Assembly (NCBI GenBank): GCA_000165425.1
Contig: CT868008.1
Span: 124,001-188,000, forward strand
Length of the DNA stretch: 64,000 nt
Direction: 5' to 3'
Source of the DNA: Paramecium tetraurelia
Lineage: Eukaryota
A model generated the notes under the pieces. It searched no databases. It was not told the origin of the DNA and saw only the letters and a program-made list of their open reading frames with translations. Positions 12,901 to 27,427 of this stretch are shown in pieces. Position 1 is the first letter of the stretch. Every line of letters begins with the position of its first letter. Position numbers and translations under genes: made by a program.

Positions 12901-15900
12901 AACAGCGTAACCAATTTAAATAGCATGTTGAAGTTATAGTTATATCTAATTGATTGGCCACATAGCATTAAATATGATTAAGCTTTTTTGATTTTCCATA
13001 TTCTTGATCCACTCATTTGCTTAGAGTTATGGGTCTATCATTAGTGGCCACCTTGTTGATTATTTCATAATGATGGCATTATCAATACTAAATTAATCAT
13101 TAGGTAATTTCTATTGAAGCCATCTGTTTATTTGTACAGGATCACTTAACTGATTTTGTAATGAATAATGGCTTGAGATTTAGACATCATATTCCTACAA
13201 TCTAGATTTCCAATAGTCTAAGCAAATTTCTCTATACTGTATAGGAAATACTCCTAAATAAGCAATAATGGCTGAATTAAGCATGCAATCACCTATAATA
13301 TACTTTTAGCTATCTTTATATTGTTATGCTTTTAATTACCATCTTGACTTTTCTTCACTTAAATTTGCAATTAATTGTTCTGCTCTCTACAATTAAGAAC
13401 TGATAGTAACAACTTGCTCTTCTATTCTTTCTTTTTCTGCCTTAGCCCTATTATATTCTATTTAATAATTGTGTAACTCTTCCAATACAACCTCCAAAGC
13501 ATTTTTCTTTTCTTAGACAAGTTCTTCAGCCTATTGCAATTTTTCTTCAGCTTACTTTAACTCTGCCTTCTTTGGTTCTATTATTTCAACTGCCATATAG
13601 GATTCCAGAACTGCTCTTATCCAAAGTGCTAGATTCCCTGCTGCCTTTGATGCGTTGAATACTCTATCCTTTTCAAATAAGGGATTTTTAGCAAAAATCT
13701 ATAACTTTTAGATATTCTTCAAAGATATTGATCTAATCTACTCTAACTTTAAGCTTTTAATTCTCTTAATAAGTTTATCATTCAATAAGCACTTCTTGGC
13801 ATAATCCCAATAATCTTATAAGACAGGGGGTTCTTTGTTTTTGCTTTTCACTAAATGATCCTCTTCAAATGCATATGATAAACCTTCCATAACAATAGCT
13901 GCAGAGACTGGTGGATTTGTGAATGACTTCAATAATATCATATCATCTTTAGTAATTCTTTCTAATGCTTCAGTAGCTTAAGTTAATAATGGAAGCACAT
14001 TATCTAATGCTTATTAACAACCGTTTCTCAATTGGTTTGCCTCCTCACTTTATATTAGACATAATTTCTCTTCATATTCACATGCTTACTTTTTCCTATC
14101 TGCTTCTTCTTATCTCTTTTGAATCTTAATGAGCAGTTGGGTATTATCTTCATTTGCCTTTTATAATTTTGGTTATAATTCAAATAATTTAGCTTTGATT
14201 CTATCTACATCATTTTCAGCTTTTTTGATTTGTTCAACTCCATTCTCAAATTTTTCAATAAATACTTAAGATTATCCCATTTTCTATTCCTGAATAATTT
14301 AAAAGGTATAAAGCATTTGCAAATATTGAGTTGGAGTCACATAGAAATACCTTCTTAATTCTTACTTAAACCTTTCAGTAATTTAAAGAATCTTATAGTG
14401 AACTTCCACACCCATCTTAACGAGTTATTTCGGTAAGAATTGCTCTGCAGTTGATTCCAGGGCATCTTAAGGCCAAGATGAAAACCAATCTATAGTTGTA
14501 CAATTGATGATAGTTGGAAAAGTGCGTAATCTTTTTCTATATAGAGATCCTACTGGCTACATACACAAAACAACATGAATATTTAATTTACAATTTTTAA
14601 CAAATTAACTATACGTTGTGGTTTCTTATATTTTGATCCTTTCCTCAGGAGGAAATAAATGTGATACTTCACCATGACTCATTAAATTACATACATCTTC
14701 TAACATATATTCTGATTAAAATTGAGAATCATTAAATAGAATTGTATTCTATTCATTTTCTAATCCAGTTTCTTTTAATTAGATTAATAATTGATCATTC
14801 CAAGATCTAGAATCTATAGTTCTTAGGGACTTATTAAATACAATGAAATTAGCTATTTTACTTAATGAAGATCTCCCTGTTCCACCCATCCCTATCATCA
14901 AAACATGACCATAAATATTAGATAAAATACGAACAATCCTGATAATGTGAATGATGGCCATGTCAAAAAAGATTAATTGAAGTCTACTCTGTGAATCAAG
15001 TGAATTAAATTTATCTAAAATCATGTTTAACTTTTCTCTTAATTTGGATATATCATACACTTCTTCATATTGTTTATTTAAACACGATGAAAAAACTAGA
15101 TTATGGACTTGAATTTACTCTTATCCTAATTTTATAAGACTATCCTATATAAGCTATTCGAATTTATTTTGATCTTCCTCATCAATCAGTCTATCACTAA
15201 ATACTCTAAAGCATTCATGAGCCCATAATTTAAATAAATGAATTGAATTTTCAATGACTTTAACCTTACTGATTCCTTCAAATATCTTAAATATATCTCT
15301 TAAATTATATATGTAATGAGATTTCTAAGGAGTTGGTAATAACGATTTCTAAACATTTGAATAAAGATTGATTGTTTTCTCAACCAATTTATTTTTTAAA
15401 TCTCTTATTTCTTCTACCTAATTCATTATTAACCATTCGCCGAAGACATTCAACATAGTTGTTAAACTTTGTTGGTTAAATCCACCTATATATAAAAGAT
15501 TAAAAAATCTTAAATATCTTAAAGTAATCTAGTTCCTTTCTACAGGATGAATTGCTCCTAAAAATGTTATATCACAAATGTATTTGAATTCTTTAGTTTC
15601 TAAATCATACCATCCATTCATTTCCATCCATTACCTTAATAATTCTACTGCTGGAACTGATCCTTCAGGTTCTCTGTAGGGCATATTTAAGTCATCTACA
15701 AATATTCTGATTTACCCTTCTTCTGCGTAATAATGCCCTTTCTTTCTTCTCTTATTGATTTTTGTTTCTATCAATCTTTATAATACATTAGCAGTAGTCT
15801 ACCCAGAACAAGTAATTAAGAATTATTGATATTTATTCATTGATAAAGACTTACCAGTACCAGTAGGACCTGCAAACAAAAAATGTAAGCCTAACTAACA

Positions 15901-18900
15901 GAAGTAATCATTTCTAATGGTCTCTGCTGTTTATGCAAAAATCTCATGAAATTGCATAGATACTTGTATTTTTTAAGGAGCTTATGTCTATTTATAAAAT
16001 AATTTAAATACATCACTCCATTTAACCCATTTTCCTTGGTAAAAACAATATGAAAAATAGTCATCTTAAACTTCTATTTATAATTCCAGCTAAGAATCAG
16101 CTGGAAATTAAGTTTATAAATTAGAGATCTTAGTTTCTATCAAATTATTCAAAAATAAATTAAACTATGGTCTAATTTATTCATCCATAGCTGCTCCAAA
16201 TGACCAAATCAAACAAAATATAATGATATTATCATTATTTTTTTAAATTAAGTCTTCAGTTAGGTACTTGGATAGCAACCTAAGAAAACTACATGTTAAT
16301 ATATTAATGGAATCATAAAGTATAAAAACATGATGTTTAGACTTAACCCAGGCTATTGTGTTATCTAAAAAACTATATAAAATATTAATCATATCTTACA
16401 ATCTGATTCTTCTAATTGTATAATCTTTATCAAATCCTTTTGGTAATTAGATAGATTAAACGATGAGATACCAATTTACGGGTAAAAAATATACCATCCC
16501 ACATCTTGATACTGTTGCTGGAGAAGCAGCCTTCAAGTCTTCTATTTCAAAGAGCATACACATTGTATCAGGTATTTTTAGAATTTCGCCTGATGTCAAA
16601 CATAACTTTTTATTATCATCCAAAACAGTGTTCAAATTTTCGATCCAAATAGAATCTACAGGACCGTCAAACATTATCCAAACTTTTTATCGTTTATCAA
16701 TATTATCTCGAATTAATATAGGTGCAACTCCATCTGACCACTATTTTGTTTCAGGGTCGAGCTTTCCATAGAGCTAATCACTTGTTATGGACTTGGGATT
16801 TAATTTCAAAATAAGAGCATCTTAACTTTTACTGAGTGTTTATAATACGGAAGTTTTTCCAGCACATGCTTAACCTATACACATAACTCCATTTCTGACA
16901 TTGATGTTATTGTTCAATTAGATGCATTTTTCAATGAATTCGGCATCCATTTATAAGTCCAACTCCTAACATCCATCATATAAATTTGATAATTCTTCTC
17001 CTTCGGCTAATTAAATTCCTGGAAAGAGGTCTTATGTTATGGCCATAAACAACATGAGATCACTATCAGTAAATTTAGGTTTATTAACATTGATCAAAGC
17101 ATTTAAACATATTTCCTCTTCAATTTCATTAAACATAGATTTAGCAGAATTTAAGACAGCTTTCAAGGTTCTCATACCGAAATCATAATGTTCTTAGCTA
17201 GATAATTATTCATTGCATAGTTTTAAACATGTCACTATTTTACTACTTAATTCTCTTGCTTTCTAAAAACCAATACTATATAAATAGATTTCAGCTATCA
17301 TTGCATAATCAGGTACCATCATAGCACAAGGTCTGAATAAGATTTTTAAGTTATCTGGCAATTCAGTTCTTCCTGCATATCCAGGATTCATTGTGACATT
17401 TATAGCACAAGTTTTAATTAATTGAACATTTTCGCCTTCAAATATAAAATTAGTCTTCTCCTCTTTAATAGCTTTTTAGATTGTGTAAATCTATTAAGCA
17501 ACAACAGACAAAACCTCAGCATCAATACGATTAAATTCATCAAAACAACACCATGATCCAGAAGAAGCAAGACCCTTAAAAAATTTACCCATTGCAATAT
17601 AATTTAAACCATCTGAACAATTAAACACAATGCAAGGCATTCCAACTGCTTTAGCCAAGTCTTTAACTGTCTCTGATTTTCCGGTACCTGCTGGACCTTC
17701 AGGGGCTCCTCCATAATTCATATGTAATGCTTCTAATAGTGTCCTTTGACATCTATCTGTTAATGATGTCATTACTAGTCTAGTTACCTTTCCTAAGTAC
17801 TCAAATCCATATTAAACAGATACATTTATCATTCTAGCTGAAACATTTTTGTTATCTTCATTATAATATCTTAATTATGAAATCCATGCAAATTCAAAAA
17901 TAGTTTAGACATTTTATTTATATAAAGACTGTACTATATCTTTTGCATGCACCTCCATGACAACCATGGCCTCTAGAATAGTTTTAGGAATAATTCTATT
18001 CTCTTTTCTTACCAATTGTACAGTTTCATGCAACTCTTTATTTAATTATTCAAAAAATATTCCCAAATTTAGTTTCTGCTAACCTCTGATAGCTGATTCA
18101 GTATTCCGAGTCCATCTTATATGATTTGCCAATAAAATGCATTGAGCAGGCCATTTCGCAATAAATTCCTATTTGGTTGATATCAAATCAATCAAAGTTT
18201 AATAAGAATAATTTTTGATAGCTGTTCTCATCTCACTTTATAGATCTAACAACCATAATTCAACATTTCCTTTCCTCGACCCTTCCATAACCTTAACATC
18301 TTTGAATAATTAAATCTTCTCCTCCTAAGTAGATTGAAATCCTGTAATGGCATTAGATGCAGTGAACTATAATTTATGCATAGCTTCAAAACATTTGTAA
18401 ATATGATTCTATATTTGGGTCGGATCTTTAGTCTATGATAGAATCTAAACTAGTTCTTCATCTGAAACAAAATAAAACCTTGGAAAAACAATTCTCTTCT
18501 ACTCTAAATATATTGTTAAACTCTTTTAGATTTAATCTAACATCAAAACTCCATTACTAAAGTCAACTTTCATTTTATCACTATCAATACATTCCCACAA
18601 AATAGATTCCTTCTTAAATTCTTTCATGCAATTCCTAAATGCTTGATCAACTAATTTAAAATTCTTAGTCTCTTCTACTAGTTTTGTTTAAATATCTTCA
18701 CTTGAAAAAATTGGATCTAGATACATCCATTATTTTTGACACTTCATTCCAAAATCTAAAGTATCTTATACTAATAATATTTTATATTCTAATTGATTAG
18801 CTTAACCAACAGATAACTTAATATGAGGTTAAGCTTTTAGAATTGTCAATACACTGAATTATTCATCCAAAACAACTTATACTTCATCTAAATTCTTAAA

Positions 18901-21900
18901 AATAAATGTTTCTCTATAAGGACTCACTTCTAAAACGACTTAACATAGCTTTTCATGCATCTCTTATAATCTTTTCTCGATATTCCATCCTTTTTCTGCT
19001 CTGATTGATATTTAAATCACTTAATCTTTATAATTCAAAATTCCTCTGTTTAACAAAACAAAAAATGGAAAATCCTCTTTTGGATCAAAATTACTAATCT
19101 TGCACTCTTTAAATAATTCTCTCCAAAATTAAGGCTTTTTTGTAAATGCCTCAATTGCCAAGGCCTCTACTACCCATAAAATGTCCTTCAGAGAATCCAA
19201 AGCTTTCCGAAATCCTTTTAATAAATTTTTCAAATTTTCATTCTCCCCTTCGAAATTGGCACTCATGGATCCTATCTCACTTGCAAACTAATTTATCTTC
19301 CAAATCATCTCCTAATATATCAAAGACTTGAAAGACCCACTAATCCATTTTTCCTTTTGGGACTCAAATTTGCTCTAATGCATATGCAGGAGATGAATAC
19401 CACTAAAGTCCACAACTTTTCATAGGGCTTGAACTAAAATATTATGTTATCTAATTCAGCCTAATTAGTTAGTTGCATCGATAGCATTTATTAGCGAATA
19501 TTAAAACTGCTGATTTAGTCCTTAGCATAATTGAATGATCTAGTTAATGAGTTAACTTAAGGAAGATAAGTCTTAATTTAACTATAATCATTAAATTATT
19601 TAATTTAATTAAATAGTTCTGCTATCTCATACATGGTTTCTTTGAAATCTTATTCATCTTATTTTAAACGCTTTAAAAAGTCCTTCTCCTTAATCTAAAT
19701 TACATCCTTATTTGAATGTATTATTTGAGTAATATCCTTCGGTTTATATAAGAGATGGTAATATGATTCAATTATTTTGTTATCATATTCAAAATAATTA
19801 TCTTCAAATATATTAACATACTTCATGCTAAAATTAAATAATTAAGTCTTACATTTAACTAATTTCAAAACGCAATTTCCCAAACTGCACATTAATTTCA
19901 TCGAGCATCAATTTCAAGTCTATTAATTCTTATTCTGTGTCTGGAATGTGTGATCCTTTCTTGTATGCTTCTTCATATTATTCTCCTATGTTCTTTATAT
20001 TGAATAAAATAACTTCATGAATTCTATTCATTATCATTTTTTTTTATTCTTCAGCTTTATTAATGAGAAATTCTTTAATTCCTTTTAATTTCAGAGTGAA
20101 TAAACCTAATTTTAGTGAATCAAAAGAAATGTTGATTATTTCCTTTTTTGCTTATTCTAAACTTTTGATCTTTTCATCTATATCATCAAAATTTAATTAA
20201 GATAGTGGAACTCTTTTGGTATGTATTCCTAAGAGTTCGTTTACTTCAGTATTTCTGAATTTCTTCAAAATAAATTCAAATTTTTTTAATTTGATGAGTT
20301 CTTGTTCACATTTACGATACTCGAACTTTATAAACTCTATAGTTGGTTCAATCTATTATTTCTAATATTCTATATCCTCTGGTGTTAAAATTAACTCATT
20401 TTTTAGCAATAATAATGTCATAATATCACCTTCCATTTTATTGACTTTACTGACTTATTCTATTAATTATTATTAAGGAAAAGTCAAAAGTTCAATAACT
20501 TCAGATTCAGATAAATTTATAGTAATTTCTTCATCATACTCAATCTCCTCCTTTTATATTTCCTATTCTTTCTCTCTAAATGATTGTTTAGTTAATCTTT
20601 CCATCTTCTTCACTAATTGCTTTTTTGGCTTTGTTTATTTTAAAATCTTAACTTGTAATTCCAACACTAAAAAGGTAGATGTATTGATAAAATAATAATC
20701 ATTAGGTTTTAATATAAATTTCTTATAAATATTGAGAATAGCCTCTGTGTTGACCAGTAATTAATGTTTTAAAAAATCAGCATAAACTAAATCAAGTCTT
20801 CTTAAAATTCTATGTAAGGGGCTTTACTAATGAGCATTTTAATCTTTGCCTAAGAAATTATACTTTTTTTATAAGACATCTTAAATTTCTGATTTTTTGT
20901 ATTTTCGTTGCAAATTGATTTAATAAATATAATTTTTTATATTTTTCTAACAATAGTCCAAGAAAACTGAATTGAGAACTGGCAATTATAATTCATTTAA
21001 ATCAATTACTTAAAAATTGAACTTTAAACACCTAGTATTCATTACTTACCAGACTTATACTGTTATTTATTACATAAATGATTAGTTATTTTCAATTTAT
21101 TATTAATACTTCTAGTAAAATTAAAACTTTGGCAAAGGGCAATAAACTTATTTGTATTTCTGCAAATCCTTATAAAATACACATTTTTTCATATCAAAAG
21201 TATAAATTTAATTCACTTCTTCTAAAAGCTTTGATAATAATCCATAACGATCATTTTAATAAAATCTTCTGATGAATCTAAACTTCAAAGGATCTGGGAG
21301 TTTATTTACTTCCACATCATTAACATTTATTATATCTTGAATTTTTTTAAGTTCAATTTTTTTTAAGGATCGAAATTGGATTCTATAATTGATATTTTTA
21401 ATTACTTTTCTTTTTGAGCTTATTAAAAAAGTTCTTAATTTTAATTATAAAACTAGATAGATAATCTGGTAACATTTTTTGTTTATCCATCTGGGTATTT
21501 TTAAACTGAGAATTTTTTTGTCTCTTAGACATAGTCCAAGACTGTAACATCATACCATATGTATGAACTTATTTTAAAGTATATTTTACTTAGTAATTTT
21601 ATCATAAAACTAAGCTTTGGCTTAAGGTGGGTTCATTCTCTTGCATTTTTCAAACCATTCTTAATTGCTAACATCCTTATCCTCATCAATTGTAGGGTGT
21701 ATTCTTTTTTATTTTCTACTCATCAATAATAAAGGCGTTCTATCAGTTTTAATTCGAGAAAAGCCATACAAAGTGTATTCTTCAGAGATTTTTTTATCGT
21801 CTATTTTTTTAATGCTTCTTGAAGTAGATCTGAAAGTTCTGTTATAAAAGGTTCTATCCTAAAAGGAAACACTTTAATTAGCTTTCATGATACCTTTAAT

Positions 21901-22064
21901 CTATTTCATATGAATCTAACATGCATTAAAATTATTCTTCCTCTTTTCGTATTTTACCAATATCAAGTATTTTTTTCATTCTTAATTTAACTATTGGCCC
22001 TTTTAAATTATTATTAGTAAATACCATCCAATTTTCTTTAAGGTGATCTGAAAGCCTGATTCAT
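9953..22064 (-). CDS. Axonemal dynein heavy chain, inner-arm (single-headed) type, ~4000 aa
   Basis: P1 [38 protein letters not shown]2 [35 protein letters not shown]3 GPTGTGKS; P4 [11 protein letters not shown]-terminus [17 protein letters not shown]; few tiny introns. Confidence 0.95.
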
Positions 22065-22780
22065 TTATTATTTTAATAAAATATTTTAATATAATTTTCA
22101 ATACTGAGATTATAAATGTAGTTAATCATTGCCTTCATTTTAATATTTGAGTGTTTTTAATAAATAATTAGAACTGGTTATGTGAAAATTTAATAAATAA
22201 ATAAATAAAATTAGTACTTTACATTTATTGAAAGGATTTGGAAATTAATAATTGCATGGTAAGGCAGCAATTATCATTGTTATACTTCATAAAAATTATC
22301 AAGTGATTGAATAATGTCTCAAATTAAAGATATATTAAATGAAAAATTAACTTAAACTTAAACTAATAAAATAAAATATATAATGAATTTTATACCAATA
22401 ATGTGATAATTAAAATTACAGAGATTTAATACATGGATAAAAACTTTATTTTTAATCTGAATATGAAACATATATGTATTTAATGAAATTCCAGTTAAAG
22501 AAAGTGTATTCCTCCATTTCTGTCCTAAGTACATCAGCTATTCCATTTTAAGGATTAAAAGTAATAATATTTTTAGATCGCTCAGTATTAGATTTTTAAT
22601 TAAAGTACATTTGAAAGATGTTATAATTATAAAATAAATAAAATTATTAAGGAAATTATCAGAAGGAATCAAGTAAAATCAATAGACACTATTAAACATA
22701 GAGATTTAAAAACTCAATTGATGAATTCTTATTAATTTGTTAAATATTATAAGCATTAAACAGTTATCCTTCGAAACATT

Positions 22781-23599
22781 TCAATACTCTTCTGTTTGAT
22801 TACAGCAAAAAAATAGCTTTTGAAATAGGTTTTTCTTCTTTGAACTAGAATTCTTAGAACCTACTCCTTATTTTTCATTTTGCTTGATTGCAGAAGAATG
22901 CTTGGAATTGGAAAGGCTAGTTGAATATTTCGATTGTTTTTGAGTTACTTTAAGAGAAAACTCTGTTTGATTAGTTTAGGATAGCAGGGTTGAATTGGCA
23001 AAGGCTAAAATTTGAATGAACAATTACATGGAAAATCTTCATTAGGAGTTCCTTTTTTCTTTTTTGGAATGTACAATTCATACAAATATTAATTATTTAC
23101 ATCTGATGAAAATGGAGTTTGTAAATATTCATTTTATTCATTAAATTAAGCTATCGCTAGTTAAATCAGATCTCCAATTGTGATTTAAAAGTTATTAGTT
23201 TTAATTGGGATCTCATATTTATGATCAATATTAGAATCATACCAATATATCATATAGAGACATTTTTTATCATAATGGTTTTAAGCAAAATGCTAATATT
23301 TGAAAAATATATGTACGCCATCGTCATTTCTCATAGTCTGGTCGGCCAAAGATTGAGAACCCCTTCTTTAACTGATTTACGGGGTTAGAGTCAAGAGACT
23401 TCCTAATTAGATATATTTTAAAAATACTTTAAGTTTTAATTGGTTTGATCTTACAATTGTTTTCAGTGAAAGCAGAAGTTGTGGAAAGAGCATTGCTACT
23501 TTATTTAAACTAAGTTGTCGTAGACTAATCTTGATTATCAAGAACTTATTCTTCATTAAATTTAGCAAACTTCTGTCTTTCAATGCTATCTGCTGACAT
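22781..23599 (-). CDS. Hypothetical Ser/Lys-rich protein with C-terminal di-cysteine motif
   Basis: MSADSIERQKFAKF..., two 25-nt introns, ends KKNLFQKLFFCCNQTEEY-TGA. Confidence 0.7.
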
Positions 23600-23993
23600 T
23601 GTAGCTATATTATAATTATATTTATTTATTTAAAGCCATCTTTCTCTATTTAATATGTTTATATGACCAATTAATTAATAAATAGCTATTATTTGATCAC
23701 GTAATATTTAAAATATATTAATCAAACACTTGAGTACTCTGATAATTAAAGAACTGAATTTACAAACAGGAATACACAAGTTACCATTGTCCTAAATTTG
23801 TTTCTCTTTTTTGAAATAATTTAATATCAATATACAATTTGTTGTAAATTATAAATATAATGTATATAGAATAATTAAAACTAATACAAAATTTCTATAT
23901 TCAAAACAATAACAAGAATCCAAACTCATATACTAAAATTAAGAAATCACATAGTTGATAAATGATATTATTAATATAATTATTGTTATAATA

Positions 23994-25578
23994 TCATCTA
24001 GCAGTATTTAATTAAAAACTTATTTGATCGAAATTGCTTTCTAGTGACAATTTATATTTATGGGAAGCTGAATGAGTATTAAGTGCAGTTGAGAATTAAG
24101 AGTTACTATTAAATGATTGTTTGTTGCTATTTGATTTAAAAAAGGCTTCCTTTCTTTATTGAATGAGATCTAAATTTTATTAAAATAGGTATTCCTTGAT
24201 TTCAGGTTTCCTCTGTAATATGCTTGCACTCTTCAATCTTACTGACATCTTCTTTTGTTTGGCTACTCTCTGACTTGAACCAGATAATGTGGAATTTGAA
24301 GAACTATATTTCAGAAAGCAGGATTCACAAACTAGTATAGTTTTAATTAAGAAAGCATCATTAACCTTCATCTATTCATAAAGTGCTACAGTGATTTAAG
24401 GATACAGTTTAATAATGAGTGGAGGTATATGAGAATGTATGTCTCTAATGTGATCTTGACTGACGACAAAGGATTTTGGTTTAAGAACTAAGATATTGTC
24501 GTTAATTATTGGATTCGTATTGGGGTTCATCTCAAAATGTTTAATGATGAATTCATAAGCCAAATGATAGAGATCATCTTTTTAACAGAGTGATCCACAT
24601 TCAACACACTCTATATTTTTAATTAGAGTGACTGGATGCATAGTATTCACAGTTAATACATTTTTGATTTAATGTGGTCGTTTGAAATTAGTATTGAAAG
24701 ATATTGGCGTGTTATTCTTTTTGATATTTGAGTTCCCCCAAATAGATTTATACTGCTAAATTTATTCGTCAGCTTCTCCTTACAATCGAATAGATGAGCA
24801 ATATAAAAACCAAACGTGATTCTACTTGTCTGGTTTAAAGTACATGACAACTCTAGATATATTGGTTTAACCATAACTTAAATTGGTCAATTTTTGGATT
24901 ATCATCTAACACTACTTTCTAATTTCTTAAGAAATCTATTTGCCTCTCAGAGGAATCACCTTAGAATAAGCTTCGCATCCATCAAATGTTGCACATCGCT
25001 CTAAGGTTTGAATAGAATGACTATTTACCATAAGGATCAAATTGCATGTCATAGAGGTCTCTATTGTTTTACTTTTTTGAAAGAATGCAAACAGAAGGAC
25101 TCCAAATAGCTTATATCAGCTGTTCATGATTTGCAATAGGATCAATAAATTTTTAAAGTATTCCCTCAGGGGCTTTATTATTATTTTTAATAAATTATGG
25201 AAATGTCTCTTTGGTCAAATAATAGATGCAGATTTTCTCATTTACATCAAATTGCTTAGACTTTTAAATTTCATGAGGATCATTTATTGGATCCTTAACA
25301 TTGTGTTTACTATTGTAAATATAATATGCAATAACTTATCCATTTTATTTGCTATTATTACAAAAATAGTTGATGATATTTTCAGGTTTACGACAGTCAT
25401 TCTTCTTCATAAGGATTTCTCCTGATTAATTTGTAAAATACCAAACTTATGGCATTCCATTCTTAAATATAATTGTATCTGGCAATCTCAATTGGAAAGA
25501 CTCTTTGAGTAAAGAATCATCCTTTAACCAAATATAGTGATAAATAGATTCAGCAATGCCATTTGTATTAGTAATCAT
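23994..25578 (-). CDS. Conserved-looking hypothetical protein, possible degenerate ATP-grasp fold plus CxxC pairs
   Basis: MITNTNGIAESIYHYIWLKDD...LRLPDTIIFKNGMPQVWYFT...GILQKFIDP...YFKPDKQNHVWFLYCSSIRL...CVECG...VCESCF. Confidence 0.75.
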
Positions 25579-25880
25579 TAAATATATATATTTATTATAT
25601 TAATCAATAAATTTACTATTGTGATTTTAACCTTTCTTAGCCCACTTTCAAACATTTTTTTAAAGCATACTCTTAAAGAACAAAATATGAGAATTCTAGA
25701 TTTTCCAATATATGTAATTTATAGAGAGATTTACTTTCCTGATCAGTTAAAAAATTGATTAGTTAAATTCATTAAAATGAAAAAATTATAGTATAATTTA
25801 TTTCTTATTAATTTGAAACATGGTCCTTAAAGTTTGACACTTTTAATAGATAATTGTAAATCAATATAATATAATATAAC

Positions 25881-27332
25881 TCAACTATGAAGAACATATT
25901 AAGGAATGTATCCTATTGTTTACTGTATTTCATAACAATGTGAACTATTTTTAGTTAGATTCTTACTGATTTAGATCTATTGATTTTTTCTCCATACTTT
26001 TTTCAAGAGTAGGAAATGTGTATTTGGGTCCATCATTAATATCTCTTATAATATCATATCTGCCAGGTCCCAGTAAACTTGACTCTTGAGGTTTATCATA
26101 TTTTTTTGCAATATGATAACTAGGTCCTTTATTAGAAATCATTGAATCATTGGGGTTATACTTTCCAGGTCCCTACTATAATTGTAAATCATAACTGGCA
26201 AATTTTCAAAATTAATTTGATCCTTAGGAGCCTTTGGTATGATTGCCCCATTCTTTTTTAGTTGCGAATCGATTGTGTATGATCCTGGCCCTGGAGTTCT
26301 TTCTGTTGATATTATTGATGGTCTCATTGCCTTATTGAAGCTAAAATTATTTATAGATCCAAATCAAAACCTTGCATGTCTAGTAGGATATTTATAATTA
26401 GAAACATCATAATCAAGGGGAGATGGACCAAGTTTTGAAAAGTTTTAACTACTTCTCTCCGACTTCCCTATTCTTTCAATTAATAATTTCATTACTTTGC
26501 TCCTTTAATACTTTTAAACTTTCCCTCAACTACATCTGGGTCATAACTACCTGGTCCTGGAACATTTGCTCTGTCAATTTGTTAATTTGTTTTGCTTCCA
26601 AATGTAATGCCTTATTATTTTGGGGAATTAAGATCAAATGCTCCTGGACCTGGCCCAATCTGACTCCAATCCATGCTCCTTTATGATTTTGGAAATCTTT
26701 TGGTATATAACTAAAGATTACTTAATATTTGTCTAAAACTTGGGCTTTTCTATTTCATATGAACCAGGTCCTGGATGATTTGATAAAAGTATGTTTGTTC
26801 TTTAGCTAGTAGAAAATCCCTTATTTTTAGGTCTTTGAGTATGACTCTACTCCAATTGGTAATTTCCAGGACCAGGAGTCTTCATGATTTCATTTCCAAT
26901 GGAATCAAATCTACTTTAGAAAGTAAATGCAGGTGCTTTTTTTGAATCAGATAAATTATATGATCCCGGGCCAATCTCGGTTTCTTTAGGAGATGTCTCC
27001 TTTGCTTTAGTAAATTTGACTGAGGATGTGTGAGGTATGATTGCCTAATTAAGTTATACTAATAATTGCCTGCAATTTAGAGTCATAAGTCCCAGGATCA
27101 GGGGCTACACTAGCTTAATAAAGTGGTTTCCTGTTAGATTTAGAAAATTTATATCCCGTAGGTTTATCTATGGGATTTACTGAATAATGATTTGGTCTAA
27201 TGTGAATAAATATGATACCCAGGATTTGGATTGGTTTGGTATATGGCACCTAAGATTAAAACATAGATTACATTCATATCTTTTGCCTATAGTGAAAGCG
27301 CCAGAAAATTAAGAATTAGGACCATGAATCAT
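25881..27332 (-). CDS. SHIPPO-1/ODF3-like PGP-repeat axonemal protein
   Basis: Many repeats of (T)PGPG-x-Y, e.g. TPGPGNY, HPGPGSY, GPGPGAF, TPGPGSY, LGPGRY; ends IPQYVLHS-TGA. Confidence 0.88.
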
Positions 27333-27427
27333 TATTTATAAATAATAAAGTGTGAGACAGACTTACAATAATGCAATTCAAAATAAATAATAACATAGAT
27401 ACATACAATAAGATTGACATCTTATGT

